DNA from: Desulfotignum sp.
GTDB lineage: Bacteria > Desulfobacterota > Desulfobacteria > Desulfobacterales > Desulfobacteraceae
NCBI GenBank assembly: GCA_032250905.1
Contig: JAVVEQ010000010.1
Coordinates: forward strand, 12,000 to 75,999
DNA length: 64,000 nt
Direction: 5' to 3'
The notes beneath the pieces were generated by a model, which was not told the origin of the DNA, did not search any database, and was given only the letters and a program-made list of their open reading frames with translations. A program made the position numbers and the translations under genes. Numbering within the stretch: position 1 is the stretch's first letter; the number at the start of each line of letters is the position of its first letter. Below are positions 50,592-64,000 of the stretch, piece after piece.

Positions 50592-52112
50592 ATGAAATCC
50601 ATTGAAGAAATCTCTTTGCTGTACGAAATCAGCGAAGCTTTGAACCAGCACATGGACATGAAAAAATCGATGTTCAAAGTGCTGACGGTCCTGTCAGAAT
50701 CCATGAACCTGGTCCGGGGTATCATTTTTCTCACCAACCGCGAATCCGGAGAAATCCGAATTGAAATCGCCCACGGCATTTCACAGGAAACCACCCGTAA
50801 AATCAAATACCTCCCTGGCGAAGGCATCGTCGGAAAAGTGGTGGAAACCGGGAAACCCGCTGTAGTGCCCCGCATCAGCAAGGAGCCGTTGTTTCTGGAC
50901 AAAACCCATTCCCGGAACCTGACACAGGGTCAGGATTATTCCTTTATCTGTGTGCCCATAAAAAAAGACAGTCAGGTGGTGGGCGCCATCAGTGCAGACC
51001 GGCCTTTTGAAGGAAAGCAATCGCTGCAGCAGGGCGAAAAAATCCTGTCGGTGGTGGCGGCCATGCTGGCCCATCATGTCATCAATATGGAAATGGTCCG
51101 GCAGGAAAAAGAATCCCTTAAAACGGAAAACCTGCGTCTTAAATCCGAACTGGAAAACCGGTACAGCTTTTCCAATATCATCGGCAATTCCAATAAAATG
51201 CGGGAAGTGCTCCAGATGATCGCCCAGGTCTCTTTTTCTTCCGCCACGGTGCTGATACGGGGAGAAAGCGGAACCGGAAAAGAGCTGGTAGCCAATGCCA
51301 TCCACTACAATTCAGAACGCCATCAAAAACCGTTCATCAAAATCAACTGTGCCGCCATTCCGGAGAATCTCATTGAAAGCGAACTGTTCGGCCATGAGAA
51401 AGGCGCATTTACCGGCGCCTCTCATCTGAAAAAAGGCAAATTTGAGCTGGCAGACGAGGGCACGATTTTTCTGGATGAAATCGGCACCATGGCGCCGGGT
51501 GCCCAGGTCAAGCTGCTGAGGGTCCTCCAGGAAAAGGAATTTGAACGGGTGGGCGGATACAAACCCATTCAGACAGATGTCCGCATTGTGGCTGCCACCA
51601 ATGCCAATCTCGAAGAAATGGTGCAGCAGGGACGTTTCAGGGATGACCTGTATTTCCGGCTCAATGTGTTTCCCATCTATATCCCCAGCCTGCGCATGCG
51701 AAAAACCGATATCATCCTTCTGGCCGATCATTTTCTGGAAAAATACCGGAAAACCCATGGCAAAGATATCAAGCGCATCACCACCCCGGCCATTGACATG
51801 ATGATGGAATACCACTGGCCCGGCAATGTCAGGGAACTGGAAAACTGTATTGAACGGGCCGTGATTCTGTGCAACGAAGGCGCGATCCACTCGTATCATC
51901 TGCCGGCCACGCTTCAGACCGGAACCGAATCCAAAACCCTGCCCCTGTCCTTGGAATCGGCGGTGGCCAGTCTGGAAAAAGAAATTATCATGGATGCCTT
52001 GAAAAACACCCGGGGAAATATCAAACAGGCGGCCCGGTTGATTCAGATCACGGTACGGAAATTCTCTTATAAAGCATCCAGATATGGTATCAATTACAAA
52101 GATTTCAGATAA
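50592..52112 (+). CDS. sigma54-dependent activator (GAF-AAA+-HTH, NifA-like architecture)
   Basis: N-terminal [39 protein letters not shown] and a Fis-type HTH. Confidence 0.95.
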   Translation: MKSIEEISLLYEISEALNQHMDMKKSMFKVLTVLSESMNLVRGIIFLTNRESGEIRIEIAHGISQETTRKIKYLPGEGIVGKVVETGKPAVVPRISKEPLFLDKTHSRNLTQGQDYSFICVPIKKDSQVVGAISADRPFEGKQSLQQGEKILSVVAAMLAHHVINMEMVRQEKESLKTENLRLKSELENRYSFSNIIGNSNKMREVLQMIAQVSFSSATVLIRGESGTGKELVANAIHYNSERHQKPFIKINCAAIPENLIESELFGHEKGAFTGASHLKKGKFELADEGTIFLDEIGTMAPGAQVKLLRVLQEKEFERVGGYKPIQTDVRIVAATNANLEEMVQQGRFRDDLYFRLNVFPIYIPSLRMRKTDIILLADHFLEKYRKTHGKDIKRITTPAIDMMMEYHWPGNVRELENCIERAVILCNEGAIHSYHLPATLQTGTESKTLPLSLESAVASLEKEIIMDALKNTRGNIKQAARLIQITVRKFSYKASRYGINYKDFR

Positions 52113-52132
52113 ACGGGTGTGAAAAATACCTG

Positions 52133-52660
52133 TCAGCGTTCCCCTGGAACCGGTGGATCCTGATTGATCCGGTATTCAGACTGATCCGCCAGCTTATTGG
52201 AAGGATCACCTTCATGAACCATCTGATCCAATAACGCCTTGTCATCATCCAGCGGCAACCGTCCGGTCATGTCTGCCAGGGCCACCTGACGCCCCTTTTG
52301 ATTGGTGAATTCGGCTCTGGCTTCAGCCCGCCCGTTCGGCGCCAACCGGGTCAGCGTGATCCTGCACTGGATGATATCCCCGAAATACACCGGATGAAGA
52401 AACCTGAAACTCATCCCTGTGGCCAGCCATCCCACCTGGCCTCCGAATTCGCAGATCATACCTCCCACCAGAAGTCCGTGGCAGATCAGGTCTTTGAATC
52501 CTTTGGAACGGGTCCATCGTGAATCGTAATGAACCGGATTGTAATCTCTGGTCAGATCTCCGAACGCTTTGGTTTCATTTTGTGAAAACCGTCTGGAAAA
52601 ACAAAAGGTGTCCCCTGGCTTCAGTCCGTTGACCATGCGTTCCCGAAGCGGATTTCCCAT
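52133..52660 (-). CDS. MaoC-family (hotdog) dehydratase
   Basis: FGDLTRDYNPVHYD, ICHGLL and FLHPVYFGD. Confidence 0.9.
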   Translation of the reverse strand: MGNPLRERMVNGLKPGDTFCFSRRFSQNETKAFGDLTRDYNPVHYDSRWTRSKGFKDLICHGLLVGGMICEFGGQVGWLATGMSFRFLHPVYFGDIIQCRITLTRLAPNGRAEARAEFTNQKGRQVALADMTGRLPLDDDKALLDQMVHEGDPSNKLADQSEYRINQDPPVPGER

Positions 52661-52671
52661 AGTTGATCCAT

Positions 52672-53952
52672 CTATGGTGTGGACATTGCCACAGCCTTGC
52701 CTTCTGTCAATTTTTCGACATATTTAGCCATCCGCGTCTCGAACTGGTTCATCTCTTCCACAGGAACCGGTTTGACCCCGGCCACGGGTATTTCCAGAGG
52801 ATCGATGTACCGGCCGTTCTTTGCCACCCTGAAATCCAGATGATATCCCGTGGCCAGGCCGGTTTTTCCAACAAAACCGATCACATCTCCCTGGGAAACG
52901 GAACCGCCCTTTTTCATGCCTTTGGCATATCCGTTCAAATGATAATAACTGGTTTCATATCCATTGACATGCCGGATGGTCAAATATCTTCCCATGCTTT
53001 TGTTATAGGCCATCTCCTTGATGATGCCATCCGCTACGGTTTTTACCGGCGTGTTTTTCGGGGCGGCATAATCGATCCCCGGATGAGCCCGCTTCACTTT
53101 CAGAATGGGATGACGCCGGCTGCTGGTAAAATAGGAACTTATTCTGGAATAATTCACCGGTGATTTCAGAAAAGCTTTTTGGAGGGAATTTCCTTTTTGA
53201 TCGTAATATCCGGCCCGCCCCTGAGTATCGGTGTATCTAAATGCCTGATACATCTTTCCATTATTGACAAACACCGCTGCCAGAATCTGTCCATACCCTT
53301 TGTATTCACCGTGTCTGAATTGTTTTTCCACCAGTAACTGAAACCGGTCTCCGGACTGAATATCTTTTGCAAAATCAATGTCCCAGGCAAAAATATCGGA
53401 GAGTTTCCAGGCCACAGATGGACAATGTCCCGCTTTTTTTAATGCCGTACCGATATCGGATTCGATTTCCAGTTGTATGGCTTCCTCTTCAATCTCATAC
53501 CGGATGGGTGTTTTCAATACGTCAAATTGATCCCCGGTTTTTTTTATTACCAGCCGGGACTGATCGTTAATCTCGTATTCAAAGTCTAAAAATTCATTCT
53601 GATACAGCGATATATGAAACGGCCGGCCGGATTTGAACCTTGTAAAAGCAAATATCTGTTTGCTCTGTTTTTCAAGACGGTAAATGGTTTTCAAAGGCAG
53701 ATGCGGCCCTAAAACGGCAGCGGCGGTATCCCCGGTTTTGAAAACACCGGATATCACTTTTTTTTCCAACGGATGGATCTGATTTATTTCATTGGGATCG
53801 ATGATAAAATTCTGTAATTTCGGTGTACGTGAAAGCGCACTTGTTGTGCAAAAAAACAACATCAGACCACATAATCCAATCACCAGAATCACAACCATCC
53901 ACCGGTTCCTGCCAAAATATGTCAACCGCCCGGCATCTTCTGTATTTTCCAA
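52672..53952 (-). CDS. M23-family peptidoglycan endopeptidase (MepM-like)
   Basis: N-terminal TM helix, WDIDFAKDIQSGD, HPGIDYAAP, YYHL and TGYHLDF. Start uncertain. Confidence 0.92.
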   Translation of the reverse strand: MENTEDAGRLTYFGRNRWMVVILVIGLCGLMLFFCTTSALSRTPKLQNFIIDPNEINQIHPLEKKVISGVFKTGDTAAAVLGPHLPLKTIYRLEKQSKQIFAFTRFKSGRPFHISLYQNEFLDFEYEINDQSRLVIKKTGDQFDVLKTPIRYEIEEEAIQLEIESDIGTALKKAGHCPSVAWKLSDIFAWDIDFAKDIQSGDRFQLLVEKQFRHGEYKGYGQILAAVFVNNGKMYQAFRYTDTQGRAGYYDQKGNSLQKAFLKSPVNYSRISSYFTSSRRHPILKVKRAHPGIDYAAPKNTPVKTVADGIIKEMAYNKSMGRYLTIRHVNGYETSYYHLNGYAKGMKKGGSVSQGDVIGFVGKTGLATGYHLDFRVAKNGRYIDPLEIPVAGVKPVPVEEMNQFETRMAKYVEKLTEGKAVAMSTP

Positions 53953-54101
53953 AATCAGCTGTCCCGTCTGTGTTATGTATTATCAATTTTTTGCAGAACC
54001 ATAACCAAAGTACTTAAAATTGTAAAGCAGTTTGGTTCTAATCACCCCTTTTTTTGATGGCCCCTGTCATCAGAATGGTTTTGGGATCGTCATACAGGGT
54101 A

Positions 54102-54432
54102 TTATCCCAAAGACCGGATCACTTCTTCCAGTCTGGTATACGGCAGGCCAAAGGCATCAGAAACGGGCTGGTCTTTCTTGATCATACCGTATTCAGAGGG
54201 TTGGGGCTCTTTTACATGCATGACCATGTCTGAAATATCATACACTTCCGCAGGTGTATCCAGGATAGCTGCTTCGGCTTCAATGTATTGACTGTCTTCA
54301 AAACCAGAACCCATTCCAGCATTTTTTTCGACATAAACCGTGTGGCCATTTTTTTATAATATCAACACCGGCCGGTATCATGCAAACTCGATTTTCCTGT
54401 GGTTTTATTTCTTTGAGAATTCCTAATTTTAA
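54102..54432 (-). pseudogene. ald: alanine dehydrogenase relic (no start, frameshift, large internal deletion)
   Basis: Minus strand reads LKLGILKEIKPQENRVCMIPAGVDII, then a frameshift in an A7 run, then NGHTVYVEKNAGMGSGF...HVKEPQPSEY...KKDQ joined directly to the C-terminal-type PVSDAFGLPYTRLEEVI. Confidence 0.88.
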
Positions 54433-54434
54433 AA

Positions 54435-55340
54435 TTAAAGCGGTTGAAACCAATGTTCAAATCGTTCATCCTTGAATGCAGTTATATTCTGTATGCTTTT
54501 CATGATCTTTTCAGTATAAGGTCCGGGTGCAGGCAAAATTTTGTCTTCGAATTTTTTGATTGGCAAAACCTTTGTCCCGGTGTGTGAGGTGAAAATCTCA
54601 TCTGCATTCTCCAATTCACTGGCTGAAATCAATGCCTGAGATACTTCAATGCCGGAATTTTTTGCTATTTCTATGATCGACATTCGGGTAATGGATGACA
54701 AAATATTGCCCAGCGGTGGCGTCCTGAGAACACCGTCTTTAACCATGAAAACAGATTCAATGGATCCTTCGGCCACAAATCCATCCGTATGGCGCAAAAT
54801 ACCGATGTCATATCCTCTTTCCATGGCATTTTTGCGGGCAAGCATGCCATTGAGATAGTAAGCACATGCTTTGGCCGATGTCGGTACGGTCAGTGGATGT
54901 AACTTGTACCATTTGCTGAAACATGCCGTAGCGGGTTCCATGGTATCAAAAACCAGTCCATCTCCTTCGGGTACAGCAAAAACGGCGGTGTCTAATTTGT
55001 CATCCAAAACGAGCGATATTATCGGTTCATCACTCCAATAAGCAACTATTTTTATCAGCCCGCGGCCAATTTTATTCGCTCTTGCCGTTTTGGAAGCGGC
55101 TTCTGCAAATTCTTCCCTGGTATAAGCCAATTCCATCCCAAGACAGTCTGCGGTATGGAATAAACGGTCCAGATGCTTGTCCATTCGAAATGCTTTTGGC
55201 CCATCTGATCCCGGATGAACCCCGAAAACTTCAAAAATAGCTGACCCCCTGCTTAGGCCATGAGACAAAATCGGGACTTTTGCATCTTCCCAGGGGATCA
55301 TTTTTCCGTTAAGCCAGACAGATTTTTGATTAGGCATCAT
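54435..55340 (-). CDS. class IV PLP aminotransferase (IlvE/D-amino-acid family)
   Basis: SHGLSRGSAIFE, FRMDKHLDRL, the catalytic Lys region AKACAYYLN, EGSIESVF and ILSSITR. AGGAGG RBS. Confidence 0.9.
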   Translation of the reverse strand: MMPNQKSVWLNGKMIPWEDAKVPILSHGLSRGSAIFEVFGVHPGSDGPKAFRMDKHLDRLFHTADCLGMELAYTREEFAEAASKTARANKIGRGLIKIVAYWSDEPIISLVLDDKLDTAVFAVPEGDGLVFDTMEPATACFSKWYKLHPLTVPTSAKACAYYLNGMLARKNAMERGYDIGILRHTDGFVAEGSIESVFMVKDGVLRTPPLGNILSSITRMSIIEIAKNSGIEVSQALISASELENADEIFTSHTGTKVLPIKKFEDKILPAPGPYTEKIMKSIQNITAFKDERFEHWFQPL

Positions 55341-55542
55341 CTCCTCCTACTTTCCAGTTTTGGGCCAAACAGATCGTATAACCGGCCTGCAGACATTTAT
55401 CAAATTCCGTATTTTTAAGGGGTTTGAAAGGATAATATCTGCTCATAACATCTTACAGTATTATGGTAAAGCTGTAATTTGTGTCTGCCCGAAAGGGGTG
55501 GTCCAATCCCTGGCATTTCTTTTTGATTGGGGTCGGCATAAC

Positions 55543-55585
55543 AAAAAAAGGGCCGAAATCCGCTTGAAATTTCGGCCCTTTTTTT
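55543..55585. terminator. bidirectional-type intrinsic terminator downstream of por
   Basis: AAAAAAAGGGCCGAAAT-N9-ATTTCGGCCCTTTTTTT. Confidence 0.85.
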
Positions 55586-55618
55586 CACTGTTTTTTCAGA
55601 TGATCTTTATCTATTTAC

Positions 55619-59194
<3,576 letters not shown>

Positions 59195-59346
59195 TTAGTC
59201 TTATAATAAATAATTGAAATTGTAAATGCCGTATCCATCTATACCCTGTAATTTTTCAAATAAATATGATACATTACAAAAATTATTTTATAATTTTTTT
59301 TTTAATAAAAAAAATCGGTTACATCAAAATTAACCAAGGAGAATAA

Positions 59347-59961
59347 ATGGGATTTTTATCTGCCACCCAATCCATGAGCCGGTATCGCATCACCGATTCA
59401 TTTGACACAGAGCCCATGGAACAGGTTCGCAACGGGCTGATTCGACATGCCATTCCGAAACTGGAAAATGAGTACGAAGAGATCTCCGCCGGATGGACCC
59501 CTTTTGAAAGTCCCTATCTGCCTGATTTTGAAAAATTTTCTTTTGTGTTTGGAAGCTATTTTCTGTTTTCTCTGCGCATTGAAAAAAAATCGATCCCGGC
59601 CAAACTGGTGCACAAACAGATGGCCATTGAAATAGAAAAGAAAAAAGCGGAAACAGGGCGGGATTTCATTTCCAAAAATGAAAAAGCGGAACTCAAGGAA
59701 ACGGTCATGGATGTACTGATGCACAAAATGCCCTTCATTCCCAATGTATATGATGTGCTGTGGGATTATGACGCCGGCGACCTGTTTCTGCTCACCACCC
59801 AGAAGGCGGCCAATGAGTTTTTTGAAACCCTTTTTTTCAAAACCTTCAACCTGAAGCCCATCCGGTTGTTTCCCTATACTCTGGTCGAAACCAAATCGGC
59901 TTTTTCTCCTGCGCACAAAGACCGCATCATCACCCTTACCCCTTTACACTTTTCGAGGTAA
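59347..59961 (+). CDS. RdgC-like protein, N-terminal half
   Basis: SAGWTP, LRIEKKSIPAKL and KNEKAELKETV resemble my recollection of E. coli RdgC (MGWVP, ARKEEKILPS, KTEKDSLKDEV). Confidence 0.75.
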   Translation: MGFLSATQSMSRYRITDSFDTEPMEQVRNGLIRHAIPKLENEYEEISAGWTPFESPYLPDFEKFSFVFGSYFLFSLRIEKKSIPAKLVHKQMAIEIEKKKAETGRDFISKNEKAELKETVMDVLMHKMPFIPNVYDVLWDYDAGDLFLLTTQKAANEFFETLFFKTFNLKPIRLFPYTLVETKSAFSPAHKDRIITLTPLHFSR

Positions 59962-59964
59962 TCC

Positions 59965-60501
59965 ATGCTGGATATCGCAACTGCATATAATAAATATGGT
60001 TTTTTAGGCAATGACTTTCTCACCTGGTTATGGTTCATGATCGAAACCGGCCAGGACATCACCCAGGCCATTGAGGCAAAACACCCGGTATCGCTTGATA
60101 TCGGCAATTCTCTGGTTTTGGAAAACACCCTGGGAGACAACGCTAAAGAAAAAATCACAATCAAGGGGGATCAGGCCGGGCTGGAAGAAGGCACCACGGC
60201 CCTGAAAAAAGGGGCCAAGGTCATAGAAATGAACCTGGTGTGCAAACTGGGCCCGGAAGAGGAATATCATTTCACTATCAAGGGAGACAGTTTCAACATC
60301 ACCGGATTGAAAACCCCGGCCGGAGCCGGAGATGGTTCTGAGGATGAAATCGAAGGCAGGATCATTGAAAAAGCCCTGCTGATTTTGAGGATCTCCCAGG
60401 TTATTGACACCCTGTTTTTCTCCTTCCTGGGCCAGCGCATCGATGACGACTGGAAACACAAGGGTTTCGATTCTATGCATACCTGGATCTACAATGATTA
60501 A
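59965..60501 (+). CDS. RdgC-like protein, C-terminal half
   Basis: FLTWLW, ITIKGDQAGLEE...LKKGAKVIEMNL and FTIKGDSFNITGLK resemble the RdgC C-terminal region. GAGG RBS 6 nt before the ATG. Confidence 0.6.
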   Translation: MLDIATAYNKYGFLGNDFLTWLWFMIETGQDITQAIEAKHPVSLDIGNSLVLENTLGDNAKEKITIKGDQAGLEEGTTALKKGAKVIEMNLVCKLGPEEEYHFTIKGDSFNITGLKTPAGAGDGSEDEIEGRIIEKALLILRISQVIDTLFFSFLGQRIDDDWKHKGFDSMHTWIYND

Positions 60502-60807
60502 AACCTTGTCTAAAACTGGTTCAAAATATATGTGGTTTTCAACACTCACAGTCACCAGTGTTCAAAACCACAGGGATATAGACGGGTTTTCAACCCGTTT
60601 TTCAACAGGGTTGTTTATAAAAAAACAATTGATTTCAATTGGCTTTACAGTTTTGAACATATGAACACCCCTTATTATTACTATTACCTGTTTTAAATAC
60701 ATTAATAAATAAATTAAGCCCTGATTTAACATTTGATATATGACCTGTTTTGATATACATATTTCAAGGTTAATCCCTTAAATAACGAAAGTATAAAAGG
60801 AACCTGA
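60502..60807. other. candidate chromosomal replication origin (oriC)
   Basis: AT-rich intergenic region before dnaN with five TTWTNAACA boxes, then CCCC and (TTA)3-CTA-TTA trios at 60672-60686, then an AT-rich tract. Confidence 0.75.

Positions 60808-64000
<3,193 letters not shown>

Noticed and set aside
50592-52112. Calling the activator nifA
   Set aside because: No nif genes are in the window, and the GAF-AAA+-HTH architecture is shared by many activators.

Overview
A core-chromosome window, apparently from an anaerobic deltaproteobacterium. The gene repertoire and neighbourhoods suggest Desulfobacteraceae (inference). It is dense with housekeeping genes: glnE, carAB-purF, hisD-hisS-aspS, minCDE, aroF-aroB, perR-rbr, trxAB-bamD, rpmB, rel, proS, ispG, por and dnaN-gyrB. 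It also holds two cobamide modules (riboswitch-cobO-cobQ, and cobU-cobS-cobD-cbiB-cbiR), a TAXI-TRAP/MarR/two-component cluster, an HcpR-type Crp/Fnr regulator with a divergent Fe-S operon, and an aldehyde:ferredoxin oxidoreductase. I saw no rRNA, tRNA, CRISPR array or transposase. The most notable signals are not on the ORF track. (1) A candidate replication origin at 60502-60807 upstream of dnaN-gyrB with no adjacent dnaA: five DnaA-box-like 9-mers sharing one non-canonical position, followed by a CCCC spacer and DnaA-trio-like repeats. (2) A 15/16 parS match inside the cobalamin-riboswitch leader. (3) An RdgC homologue split into two genes beside the origin. (4) An alanine dehydrogenase relic with a lost start, a frameshift and a large internal deletion. 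(5) An ATA codon at the apparent start of the HcpR-type regulator. (6) A tandem DUF488 pair with a coupled 44-aa ORF. All calls come from reading motifs by eye; no searches were run.
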